A DNA stretch of 64,000 nucleotides from an uncultured Bdellovibrionales bacterium (GTDB lineage Bacteria > Patescibacteriota > Minisyncoccia > Moranbacterales > UBA1568). Below the pieces are notes generated by a model. It saw only the letters and a program-made list of their open reading frames with translations. It did no database searches and was not told the DNA's origin. The stretch lies in the NCBI GenBank assembly GCA_964624415.1, contig CAZUWR010000002.1:76454-140453 (forward strand), given 5' to 3'. Both the position numbers and the translations under genes were made by a program. Shown piece by piece: positions 10,088 to 19,443 of this stretch; the stretch's first letter is position 1, and each line of letters starts with the position of its first letter.

Positions 10088-10103
10088 GTCACTCTTTAAG
10101 GCT

Positions 10104-10406
10104 ATGCAAAAAATCGGAAGCCTTCTCATGCAAACCTATCAGGAGCGTGTTGCCAAGATAGTCCTTGACGACCAGACGGTTTTCTTTATCTTCCGAAAGA
10201 TTGTCGCTCAAGAATACGGTGCTCGCGGGGAACGGTATATCGAACCGAGGTATTATAAAAACAAGAAGCTGTTTGTTGCGGCCAAAAATTCGCTCTGGAT
10301 GAGCGAGTTGCAGCTCAGTCGGCAACATTTTATGGATGCTATCAACAAAGAGCTCGGCTCTGAAGCGGTGGTAGAAATAAAAGTAGAGAGCAGTTTTGCT
10401 TCGTAA
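10104..10406 (+). CDS. DciA/DUF721 family protein (helicase loader)
   Basis: KLFVAAKNSLWMSELQL...INKELG...VVEIK pattern; position after dnaN. Confidence 0.7.
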   Translation: MQKIGSLLMQTYQERVAKIVLDDQTVFFIFRKIVAQEYGARGERYIEPRYYKNKKLFVAAKNSLWMSELQLSRQHFMDAINKELGSEAVVEIKVESSFAS

Positions 10407-10416
10407 TAAAAAATAT

Positions 10417-10986
10417 ATGGAGAATGTTGAGAATAAGGTCGTTCAAACGCAGGAGACTTTTCTTGAAAGCCTCGCATTTCGCATAGCCAAAGGCCTGGGA
10501 TCGGCCGGATCGCTTATCGTGCACACTTTCTTATTCATCGGTATTTTCAGCTTGCGCTGGGTTGGATTCAATGTGGAGCAGATTCTTTTGATACTAACAA
10601 CCGTCGTGTCGCTCGAAGCGATCTATATGTCCATCTTCATCCAGATGACGGTCAACCGTCATGCGGAAGGACTCTCCGAGGTGCATCAGCATATCGAAGA
10701 AATATCCGATGATGTGGATGAAATTCAAGAGGACATCGAGGATATCCAGACCGAAGTGAAAGAGATCGGTGATGATGTGGAGGGCATTCAGACGGAGGTG
10801 AAAGAGATTGGAGAGGACGTGGATGAGATCTCCGAGGACATCGAGGATATCCAGGAAGACATTTCCGAGGATGCGACGGAAGAGGAAATCGACAAAAAAC
10901 ACCACGACGCTACGAACGAAAAATTGGAAAAAATTGAAGAAACCTTGCATCGACTGCTGGCGGATATCGAGGGGTTGAAGAAGTAG
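10417..10986 (+). CDS. DUF1003-like membrane protein with acidic heptad-repeat coiled coil
   Basis: Two TM helices, LTTVVSLEAIYMSIFIQM, then repeated EDVDEIQ-type heptads. Confidence 0.7.
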   Translation: MENVENKVVQTQETFLESLAFRIAKGLGSAGSLIVHTFLFIGIFSLRWVGFNVEQILLILTTVVSLEAIYMSIFIQMTVNRHAEGLSEVHQHIEEISDDVDEIQEDIEDIQTEVKEIGDDVEGIQTEVKEIGEDVDEISEDIEDIQEDISEDATEEEIDKKHHDATNEKLEKIEETLHRLLADIEGLKK

Positions 10987-11136
10987 AATTGAAATACAAA
11001 GGTTTTTCAAAATACCTATGCAAGTATAAGCGTAGTATATACAGGTTTATTAACTACCTACATAGATTTAAAATTCTGATACATAAAAAACAGACTTATG
11101 AAAAAGTCTGTTTTTCGCATTGAAAGCAAGCATTCC

Positions 11137-11382
11137 TTAGATAGGGTTTCCTCCACCATCGTCGCAGCCGGTGGTCGGGCTGGCGACAGTGTCTCCATGT
11201 CCGAGATGGGCATCGAGGCTGTGCCAATTCACTTCGATGTTCACGATAGGATTGGTTTCGGATCCGGTTACGTGGCAGACAGAGACCTTGTCAGAGGAGA
11301 TTTGAATGGAAGCTTGAGCGATGCTTGTGCCTACGCCGCCGCTTACGACTAATGCCAGTATTGCCAATAAAATTTTGCGCAT
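11137..11382 (-). CDS. Small secreted protein (KVxVCH...HxxHGD...C motif)
   Basis: Signal peptide MRKILLAILALVVSGG; Cys/His pattern. Confidence 0.6.
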   Translation of the reverse strand: MRKILLAILALVVSGGVGTSIAQASIQISSDKVSVCHVTGSETNPIVNIEVNWHSLDAHLGHGDTVASPTTGCDDGGGNPI

Positions 11383-11486
11383 ATATTTGTTTTGAAAAAG
11401 GCGGATTATGCGTGCGAATAATCTATCGACCCTTGTGTTTAGTATATCGATAAAAAAACATCGATGCAAAGAAGTGGCGAGCGGCT

Positions 11487-14027
11487 TTAAAAATGCACTG
11501 ATACCGATTTGGAATCGCTGACGGTATTGCCATTGTCGTCGGTGAGGGTGGCTTTGACGCTGAGAGTGGAGTTGTTTTTTTCGGTAGGGATGGTGTAGCT
11601 TATTGAAGGATTACTGCTGCCGCTCGAGCCGATGTCGGTTCCGTCGACCGAGAACACGACGCTCTTGGTGCCGTGCGGCGCGTCGGTGCTGGTTGATAAT
11701 GTTATAGTATTGGATGCAGTGTCACCTGGTACAGAGAGGCTGATACTTGGCAGGTACTTGGAGAAATCACTTTCCTTGCACTCATTGGTTGGAACATCGC
11801 CCACGATGATATGCTTGCTATTATCCTTGTCGTTGTACCATTCCTTGACGCCCTTTTCCCATTGTTTGTATTGCGAATCATTGCTTGGTTTGTCGGGAAT
11901 AGCCCCGCGAGGATCGCTTGGATTGACGTAAAAAAGGATATCGTGGCCGCTGACAAAGGTTTTTTTGTCCGCCTCACTGTCGGGACAGTATTTATTAGCG
12001 AGACAGTAAGTATCTTTTTTCCCCGGTATGGAGCAGACTTTTAGGTCTTTAGCCTCGTCGAGTTTGCCATCAAGCATCGGTTTATTGGTTTTGCCGTCGC
12101 TATCGCCGATCTCATCTTCGGGATTGTATTTCGGGAAGTCTTCGATAGCGGAATTGGCGAGAGCTTTGTCCATAAAGGCGCGCCAAATAGGAGCAGCAAC
12201 GACAGATCCGTCAGCGCCTGTGGACATCTCTTCATTTTTGCTATTGCCCACCCAGACACCGGCCGAGAGCGATGGGGTGTACCCGATAGTCCAGGCATCA
12301 TGAAAACCATTGGTCGTACCGGTTTTGGCAACCAGCGGACGATTGTCGGATCGGAGAGGGTTGTTGTCACCGAATACCCACGCACGGTTGTCGTTGTTGG
12401 AAAGCACTGAGTCGAGCATGGCGACATATTTTTCATCAACGACGCGTTCGCCAGGAGTGTCTTTGTATTCCTCCAGGATAGCGCCCTTACTATCTTCGAT
12501 TTTCATAATGGCGGTTTGCGGGTGCTTCACACCGCCGGTTGCCAATGTTCCGTAAGCGCTGACGTGATCGAGGAGTTTAACCTCACCGCCACCGAGCACG
12601 AGCGAGAGACCGTAACGATCAGGCTCATTGAGCGAAGTGATACCGAGGTTTTTCGCCATAATGATAGCGTCCTTGGCACCGGCCAGATAGAGTGTTTTGA
12701 CGGCGGGAATATTGAGCGATCCGCCGAGCGCTTTAGCTAAGGAAATCGGGCCGTGGAATTTGCCATCGTAGTTATTCGGAGTATAATCCTTGCCGTCTTC
12801 GGTGGAAAAATTGGTAGCAACATCATACAGCATCGTTTCCGGAAGGTATCCTTTGACAAAAGCTGTTAGGTAAACATACGGCTTAAAGGAAGATCCTGGT
12901 TGCCGATCGCGTATAGCCACATTGACCTGACCGTCGATGGAGGCGTCCCAGTAATTTTTGGAACCGACCATAGCGAGAATCTGACCTGTTTTGGGATCGA
13001 TGGCGACGAGTGCTGCATTGTTGGCTTTATAGCGGGTGTTTTTTGCTGCACCGTCAGCGACGGCTTTTTCAGCCGCTTGCTGTTTATCCCAATCGAGCGT
13101 GGTGTAGATCTTCAGACCGCCTTGCTCAATGGATTGATCGCCGTATTTGGAAGCGAGGTATTCTTTGATGAACATTACGAAATGCGGCGCCTGGATGTTT
13201 TCAGCCTGCGGTTTGAGTTTTGCGAGTACGTCGATTTGTTTGGCGGTATCAGCTTGGTCTTGGGTGATATAGCCGAGCGTGGCCATTTTTTGTAAAGCGA
13301 ACTCTTGGCGTCCTTTGAGCGCGTCGGTGTGCGAACCATAGGGCGAATAGTAGGTGGGTGCGTTCGGAAGCGCTGCCAGCAGAGCTGATTCATCCAAAGA
13401 AAGGTCTCTCGCTGATTTACCGAAAAAGGTTTGTGACGCAGCCTCAATACCGTACGCATTGGATCCGTAAGGGATTTCATTGAGGTACATTGCGAGAATC
13501 TCATCTTTGGAGAACTTCGTTTCCATCTCAATCGACAAAATAACCTCCTTTATTTTTCGGGTAATGGTCTTCTCCGGAGAGAGGAGGGAGTTTTTGACGA
13601 ATTGCTGAGTGATGGTGGACCCTCCTTGCCTTGCGCCTCGATGTAACACATCGGCGAGGATGGCCCGGATAATAGAAGTGAATTTGATACCGTGATGCGA
13701 ATAGAAATCCTGATCTTCAAGGGTAATGGTGGCGGTACGCACTACCTCTGGCATATCCGAAAAAGAGATGAGCGTGCGTTTTTCTTCCCCGTGCACCTCA
13801 TAGAGCAGGTGATCACCGGTTCGGTCGTAGATCTTGGTCGATTCGGCGATAAATCGATCATTGACCTTGCCAGGGCTCGGTAGGTCTTTGGCGAAGTAGA
13901 TGAAGAAACCGACAAGCAAAACCAGCGAGCCGATGGCAAGACCGGCGATGCTCATCCAAGTTATTTTCCAGACTTTCTTACGCATGTGGCGGCGTCTCGA
14001 TAACGGTCCCGGGGATGTTGTATCCAT
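11487..14027 (-). CDS. Class A penicillin-binding protein (PBP1A family)
   Basis: EDQDFYSHHG, GGSTITQQ, RKIKE, QPGSSFKP, SLN, KTGTT; C-terminal Cys/Ig-like extension. Confidence 0.95.
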   Translation of the reverse strand: MDTTSPGPLSRRRHMRKKVWKITWMSIAGLAIGSLVLLVGFFIYFAKDLPSPGKVNDRFIAESTKIYDRTGDHLLYEVHGEEKRTLISFSDMPEVVRTATITLEDQDFYSHHGIKFTSIIRAILADVLHRGARQGGSTITQQFVKNSLLSPEKTITRKIKEVILSIEMETKFSKDEILAMYLNEIPYGSNAYGIEAASQTFFGKSARDLSLDESALLAALPNAPTYYSPYGSHTDALKGRQEFALQKMATLGYITQDQADTAKQIDVLAKLKPQAENIQAPHFVMFIKEYLASKYGDQSIEQGGLKIYTTLDWDKQQAAEKAVADGAAKNTRYKANNAALVAIDPKTGQILAMVGSKNYWDASIDGQVNVAIRDRQPGSSFKPYVYLTAFVKGYLPETMLYDVATNFSTEDGKDYTPNNYDGKFHGPISLAKALGGSLNIPAVKTLYLAGAKDAIIMAKNLGITSLNEPDRYGLSLVLGGGEVKLLDHVSAYGTLATGGVKHPQTAIMKIEDSKGAILEEYKDTPGERVVDEKYVAMLDSVLSNNDNRAWVFGDNNPLRSDNRPLVAKTGTTNGFHDAWTIGYTPSLSAGVWVGNSKNEEMSTGADGSVVAAPIWRAFMDKALANSAIEDFPKYNPEDEIGDSDGKTNKPMLDGKLDEAKDLKVCSIPGKKDTYCLANKYCPDSEADKKTFVSGHDILFYVNPSDPRGAIPDKPSNDSQYKQWEKGVKEWYNDKDNSKHIIVGDVPTNECKESDFSKYLPSISLSVPGDTASNTITLSTSTDAPHGTKSVVFSVDGTDIGSSGSSNPSISYTIPTEKNNSTLSVKATLTDDNGNTVSDSKSVSVHF

Positions 14028-14130
14028 AAAAAAAGAGTTAGTAGAAGTATGTTCATTATATCACAAAGAGGCTTTTTTGAGGAGTAAGTAAGAGAAAAAG
14101 CCGCGATTGAATAATATGTGTCATAATGTA

Positions 14131-14159
14131 TTGACAAAACAGAGAGCATCTGCTATACT
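14131..14159 (+). promoter_or_regulatory. Sigma70 promoter (TTGACA-17-TATACT, extended -10)
   Basis: Near-consensus hexamers with 17-nt spacing. Confidence 0.75.
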
Positions 14160-14165
14160 GGTCTT

Positions 14166-14296
14166 TAAAGTACCTGATATTGTGGGCATTGTGAGGGTTG
14201 CGGAGCGGTCTTCGTACCTCTCGCAGTGCTTGGAATCCAAAATATTTTTTTGATGAATAAAAGACAAAAACCCGCATCATGTATGCGGGTTTTTGT
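14166..14296 (+). ncRNA. Candidate small RNA or attenuating leader (~130 nt)
   Basis: Promoter, G-U-rich long hairpin 14184-14231, intrinsic terminator 14264-14296, no credible ORF. Confidence 0.5.
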
Positions 14297-14419
14297 GTAT
14301 TTGGAGGACGTATTCAAGAAAATATCCAAAAAAACTTGACTTTTATAATAAAATATTGTATTGTTAATAATCAAGCAAAAGGTTTGTTTGTGCCGTAATC
14401 AGGATAAGAAACAGACCCT

Positions 14420-15367
14420 ATGAAAAAAAATCCACCAATTATCAAAAACGCCGTATTGGCTATGGGAGGCACCATTGAAGAGTTTATTCCTGAGAGAGGG
14501 TGTTTTTACATCAATATCGAAGGAAAGCGCATTTTTCTTGAGAGAAAAATTTCATTGACCCGCCAAACCTGTGGTGCGGGGCAGTTGACAAGGTGTAAGG
14601 ATGTGACGTATAAACTGCTTTCCAAGAATAATTTACCAACGCCGAAAACCGAGTGTTTTTATAAGAAAAGCTATACTAAAGAACATGCCGAAAGGCAGCT
14701 AGGTGCGCTCCAGTATCCTATTGTAATAAAGGATGCGAGCGGATCCCAATGTAAAGGCGTATTCTCATTTATTAGAAACCTTTCTGATGCGATGATACTC
14801 ATTGAACGGGAACTCCCTCGTTATCGCAGTATGATCGCCCAAGAAATGGTCTTTGGGAAAGAATATCGTGTACTGGTGTTGGATGAAAAAGTGATTGGTG
14901 CTTTAGAGCTTATATCCCCCTACATCGTTGGGGATGGAGTATCGACTGTGCAAGAAATTATCAAAAGAAAGCAGTATACATCGGAATGGAAAACAGAATT
15001 TTATGATGGACTCGAAGCAATATTAAAGGATCAAGATGTTACGCTGGAAAGTATTGTTCCGAAGAATACAATCATATACATCAAACAAGAATCAGCACGA
15101 ACGGAGGCATGGAAAATGAGGGATGTTACGGGTGATGTGCATAAAGACGTTGAAAAAATATGTGTTGCTGCTTCCAAGGCGGTTGGGAAATATCTCGTCG
15201 GTATCGATGTTATTTGTACCGATATATCTCAAGACCCATTGAAACAGCCCTTTACTATTCTCGAAATAAACGGCAAACCGGATCTGTATATTCACTATAA
15301 CCCTACGCATGGACACACGAGGAATGTAGTGGAGGACATCGTGAAGTTTATGATAAAGACCGCTTAA
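14420..15367 (+). CDS. ATP-grasp ligase, cyanophycin synthetase/GshAB C-terminal-like
   Basis: YPIVIKDASGSQCKGV, EYRVLV, YIVGDGVSTV, GIDVI, LEINGKP. Confidence 0.75.
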   Translation: MKKNPPIIKNAVLAMGGTIEEFIPERGCFYINIEGKRIFLERKISLTRQTCGAGQLTRCKDVTYKLLSKNNLPTPKTECFYKKSYTKEHAERQLGALQYPIVIKDASGSQCKGVFSFIRNLSDAMILIERELPRYRSMIAQEMVFGKEYRVLVLDEKVIGALELISPYIVGDGVSTVQEIIKRKQYTSEWKTEFYDGLEAILKDQDVTLESIVPKNTIIYIKQESARTEAWKMRDVTGDVHKDVEKICVAASKAVGKYLVGIDVICTDISQDPLKQPFTILEINGKPDLYIHYNPTHGHTRNVVEDIVKFMIKTA

Positions 15368-15396
15368 GAAGCTTTCGAAAAGCTGTAAGCGCCGTC

Positions 15397-16788
15397 TTAC
15401 TTATTTACATCGATCAAGAATTTCCGCAGATTGCGTTTGCCGATGATGACCGGGTATTCCAGGTGAGCTCGATCAATGATTGTCACCTTGGCGAGTATAT
15501 GAATATCATCTATATCCATTTCAACAGGCACAACGACACGATAGGTGGTACCGTGGGATGATTTGACGGGGACGGTACCGATGACATGCGGAATATGCTC
15601 GAACATTTTCCAGCGTTCTTTTCGGGAAAGTTCTGACAGCTCGCTCCATTCTTTGGCTACGCGAAGATATTCCTTCACGGTTTCTTCGAAGCCGAGCGTT
15701 TTGGCGAGTTCCAGATCGATAGCGGTCGAGTCGGCGCCGGTGTCTATTTTGGCTTCTGCATCAATGATTCTTCCATCGATACCGGTGAGTTTGATTTTTG
15801 CGACGGTACCGATAATTTTTTTACCGGAAATCTCTTCGATTTCTTCTTGGATTTCTCCTCCGAACAAATCCATTCCCATACGGACACCCCGCAAGACGCT
15901 TTTGACCTTCAATCCTTTGACGCGCTCGAGGCGAGTCTTGAGACCATCGTCGTTCGCGGCCTGAATAGAGAGTCCTGGCCTTGCATTGAGCTCGAGGAAA
16001 ACCGGTCCGCGTTCGCGATCGATGGCGATATCAGCGCCCAAAAATCCGAGACCGGAGACTTGTTGAGCCCGGACGGCCATAGTGAGGATATCTTTCCAAT
16101 AGGGAATCTTGATACCGGAAAGCGCGAGCCTGGTCCCGGGGGCGTACTCGATGAATTTCCCTTTACCTAAGACAGCGGTCGTGGTGGTCCCGGAGGCAAG
16201 GTCGATGCCCAGTCCTATAGCGCCCTGTTGAAGGTTGGCTTTTCCGCCGGATTCTTTGGTCGGGAGACGGAGCATAGCCATGACGGGTATATTGTTGAAA
16301 ACGATGACGCGGATATCGGGGATACCCTTGTAGGCATAGGGTTTGAAGAGTTTGAGCAGCGTGAGCCGTTCTTCAAAGAAGGCGGTGTCAGGCGTACCTG
16401 ACAGAGAGAATGAGCCATCGAGGATATTGCGGATATGAGCCTGAATATCGTCGAGTGTAAGAGAAGATCCATTGGCCTTGACCCAGACATCGCCGGTCTT
16501 TTTTTTACCATACACCACAACGATACCTTCGCCTCCGAAGCCTCGATTCGGCTTGAGCGCGAAACTCGATGGGAGCTTACTCCAATCGAACCGTTCCAAT
16601 TCTTCTACGGTAGAGATTTTAGCGATAAGGCGAGGTGTCGGGAGATCATGCTTATTAAGGACCCGTTTGCAGAGAATTTTGTTATCAGAAATCCGCTTGC
16701 CGCGAGCACGGTTATACGGACGTATGTAATCGAGGTTTCGAGCATTCATCCCGAGTATACCCTGACTTTTGACGAAGGCTTCAAACAT
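15397..16788 (-). CDS. Alpha-L-glutamate ligase-like ATP-grasp fused to C-terminal RimK-associated retropepsin-like protease
   Basis: GILGMNARN, KPNRGFGGEGI, PDIRVIV, GGKANLQQGA, LELNARPGL; C-term AKIDTGA...DR..L.YPVIIG. Confidence 0.85.
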   Translation of the reverse strand: MFEAFVKSQGILGMNARNLDYIRPYNRARGKRISDNKILCKRVLNKHDLPTPRLIAKISTVEELERFDWSKLPSSFALKPNRGFGGEGIVVVYGKKKTGDVWVKANGSSLTLDDIQAHIRNILDGSFSLSGTPDTAFFEERLTLLKLFKPYAYKGIPDIRVIVFNNIPVMAMLRLPTKESGGKANLQQGAIGLGIDLASGTTTTAVLGKGKFIEYAPGTRLALSGIKIPYWKDILTMAVRAQQVSGLGFLGADIAIDRERGPVFLELNARPGLSIQAANDDGLKTRLERVKGLKVKSVLRGVRMGMDLFGGEIQEEIEEISGKKIIGTVAKIKLTGIDGRIIDAEAKIDTGADSTAIDLELAKTLGFEETVKEYLRVAKEWSELSELSRKERWKMFEHIPHVIGTVPVKSSHGTTYRVVVPVEMDIDDIHILAKVTIIDRAHLEYPVIIGKRNLRKFLIDVNK

Positions 16789-16826
16789 AAAAAAGTGTAT
16801 TATATCTCAAAAAGAATCGCGATATT

Positions 16827-17480
16827 TTATTGCGTGAAGATTTTTCGGAAGCGAAGGTATTCCGTGATGCGAAGTCCTGTCCATTTGCCCAACCAAAAAT
16901 TGACCGGGATGGTGAGGAGCACTACCCACGGGTGGGCGATGATGAGTTCGATAAGCACGTGGTAACGGACGATCGAGTAACAGACAAGCGAGATACCCAG
17001 GGTTTCGAGCGCGAGTATGATGGCGGTTTTGTCTCCTTTTTCAATCTGAGTGGCGACGAATTTCTCGACCAACGTGATCATAATCAGGAGTGGGAAAATC
17101 GAGACCGAAGCAAGTCCTGTACGGCTGAAGGAGCCGCCGATAACGAGCACAGTGAGTGTGCTCAAGGCCACAATAGTGAGTGTCAGGGCGACGCGCGGCA
17201 GGTAGAGCAATCTGAATCGTCTCAGCACGATGCGCGAGAGCATGCCGGTGATAATGATAGTGAAAAAAATCGCTATGCCGTATTTGATTCCCTTCGGGTC
17301 GAATGCGAGGAAGGCAAAAGTGACGATAGAGGGCGTGTAGATACCAAAGGCTTTAATCCCGACGATTTGACGAAAGAGCGCTACCAGCGTGGCCACGACC
17401 GGGAGAGCAAGAAGCAAAACGATGGTATCGAGCGGGACGCCCTGCTGAAGGAAGAAATCAATGAGTGGGTGCACGGTCAT
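16827..17480 (-). CDS. 7TM domain protein (type usually fused to inactive transglutaminase)
   Basis: RQIVGIKAFGIYTP, LLYLPR, FPLLIM, GKWTGLRITEYLRF; adjacent to the glutamate ligase-like gene. Confidence 0.8.
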   Translation of the reverse strand: MTVHPLIDFFLQQGVPLDTIVLLLALPVVATLVALFRQIVGIKAFGIYTPSIVTFAFLAFDPKGIKYGIAIFFTIIITGMLSRIVLRRFRLLYLPRVALTLTIVALSTLTVLVIGGSFSRTGLASVSIFPLLIMITLVEKFVATQIEKGDKTAIILALETLGISLVCYSIVRYHVLIELIIAHPWVVLLTIPVNFWLGKWTGLRITEYLRFRKIFTQ

Positions 17481-17521
17481 ACGAATATATGATGATGAAT
17501 TAAGGGAAACATCTCTCTGAA

Positions 17522-18007
17522 TTAGTGTAAAATATTCATTTTTCGGCTATTGATATGACACAGCGCCAGTGCAAGCGCATCGGCGGTGTCATCGGGCTTG
17601 GGAATAGCATCGAGCTTGAGGATGTTTTTGACCATCAGCTGCACCTGTTTCTTTTCGGCTCTACCATACCCCGTAAGAGACTGTTTTACCTGAAGGGGAG
17701 TGTATTCGAACATCCTAACCCGTAATGACTCCAGCGTCAAGAGAATGGCACCTCTCGCCTGACTGACTGACATCACTGTTTTGACGTTTTTGAAAAAGAA
17801 AAGTTCTTCGACGGAAGATTCATCAGGATGATGCGTGTTGATAATATCAGTAAGGTCGCGCGAAATCTCGAGCAGGCGTTCGGAAAGAGAGCGGTCTTTG
17901 GAGGTGCTGATATGGCCGTAAGCCAAGGGTGTCAGCTGACCCTTGATTTCTTCGATAATCGCCCAGCCGACGATAGCTGTGCCGGGGTCTATGCCGAGAA
18001 TTTTCAT
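17522..18007 (-). CDS. ruvC: Crossover junction endodeoxyribonuclease RuvC
   Basis: ILGIDPG, EYTPLQVK, GYGRAEK, DDTADALA. Confidence 0.97.
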   Translation of the reverse strand: MKILGIDPGTAIVGWAIIEEIKGQLTPLAYGHISTSKDRSLSERLLEISRDLTDIINTHHPDESSVEELFFFKNVKTVMSVSQARGAILLTLESLRVRMFEYTPLQVKQSLTGYGRAEKKQVQLMVKNILKLDAIPKPDDTADALALALCHINSRKMNILH

Positions 18008-18015
18008 ACAACGAG

Positions 18016-18100
18016 AATCAATGAGCAATTAGCAGTTAACAATTAACGGATACTATATGAGGCGAGAATTTCGTTGATTGTTAATTGTTTTTTGTTGATT
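18016..18100. repeat. Inverted degenerate heptamer (AACAATC-like) element
   Basis: A-rich heptamers left, T-rich complementary heptamers right, ~30-nt core. Confidence 0.6.
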
Positions 18101-18103
18101 GCC

Positions 18104-18826
18104 TTACAGATTGGCGTAGACGGTTTGCACATCGTCGTGATCCTCGAGTTTTTCAATCAGGAGCTCACACTGCGCCAGCTGCTCCGGCGAAGGAGTTGCT
18201 TTCTGTGTCGGGAGAAAGGTGAGTCCGGCGTCTTTAATAATCAATCCTTGCTGTTCGAGTGCTTCTTTGGTTGTCTGCAGGTCTTCGATTTTCGTATAGA
18301 CCGCGCATATGCCGTCTTCTTCGAAAAAAGCGATATCGTCAGCTCCCGCCTCGATGGCCTGCATCTCGATATCATCCCTGTTTTTTCCTTCGGTATCGAG
18401 GATGATTTCCCCGACCTGACGAAACATAAAACTCACGGATCCGCTGGGCACCATCTTGCCGTTGGTTTTAGTGAGGATAGTTTTGATTTCACTGACGGTT
18501 CGGTTGCGGTTGTCGGTTGCTGTTTTGATAAGGAGTGCAATCTGACCGGGGCCGTACCCTTCGTAGAGATTTTCTTCGATCGTGGTGCCATCCTTGAGTT
18601 CTCCGGTGCCGCGCTTGATGGCGCGCTCGATGTTTTCTTTGGGCATATTCATGCTGCGTGCCTGATCGACTGCCATACGCAGTTTGAAGTTTGTTTCCGG
18701 ATCCCCGCCGCCTTCGCGCGCCGCGATAGTGACGATGCGGCCGTATTTGGTGAAGACATTGGCGCGCTTGGCGTCATTGACCCCTTTACGTTGCTTTATT
18801 CCAGCCCAGTGTGAGTGTCCTGACAT
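18104..18826 (-). CDS. yebC: YebC/PmpR family protein
   Basis: MSGHSHWAGIK, YEGYGPG, TDNRNRT, LEDHDDVQTVY. Confidence 0.95.
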   Translation of the reverse strand: MSGHSHWAGIKQRKGVNDAKRANVFTKYGRIVTIAAREGGGDPETNFKLRMAVDQARSMNMPKENIERAIKRGTGELKDGTTIEENLYEGYGPGQIALLIKTATDNRNRTVSEIKTILTKTNGKMVPSGSVSFMFRQVGEIILDTEGKNRDDIEMQAIEAGADDIAFFEEDGICAVYTKIEDLQTTKEALEQQGLIIKDAGLTFLPTQKATPSPEQLAQCELLIEKLEDHDDVQTVYANL

Positions 18827-18989
18827 ACAAAGAAATTCAATTCATTACTGATTTCATCCTATAGGAAAACCGTTTTAAAATCAAGGGAAAAGAGGGAAAT
18901 AAAAATCTCTACCCCGCAGTGTTTTGCGAAGTAGAGAAAGGGTGCGCGATGGCATAGATTATACCTGGTATGTAAATAAATGGTTTTAA

Positions 18990-19238
18990 TTAAACATCTT
19001 GAGTAGGTTCTTTTTCTGTAGAGAATGTTTCAGGAAAGAATTTTTGATAAAAGCGATACACTCCGAAAAACAACAAAGACAGTATAATCACAATACCGAT
19101 AAGCGATAAAATAATTTGTTCTATGCTGATACCATCTTGCACAAGAGCAACCGCATAGGAACCTAAATTATCCACCAAGGGAACCAAAAATGACAATGCG
19201 ATAAAACACACTATCAAGAAAGTGAAATTGATTTTCAT
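18990..19238 (-). CDS. Small hypothetical membrane protein
   Basis: Two hydrophobic segments, GAGG SD, AT-rich. Confidence 0.55.
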   Translation of the reverse strand: MKINFTFLIVCFIALSFLVPLVDNLGSYAVALVQDGISIEQIILSLIGIVIILSLLFFGVYRFYQKFFPETFSTEKEPTQDV

Positions 19239-19443
19239 TTCATTTGCCTCACTGATTTTTAAAGAAACCTTCGCGAAGTTTCAGCGAAGATGATTATGCT
19301 GCATTAAGCATTTTTATTATAGCGGGTATTTACATTGATGTCAATACTTTATGGCTTTATATGGCTTTAATTAAAACTGTATCCGCAAGTTCATCCATTT
19401 CGTGTATACTTGAGTAAGCAATTAAATTAATTGGATATTTTCT

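Noticed and set aside
14190-14225. tRNA-like GGGTTGCGGAGCGGTC segment
   Set aside because: No anticodon arm, T-loop or acceptor stem; it folds as a single hairpin
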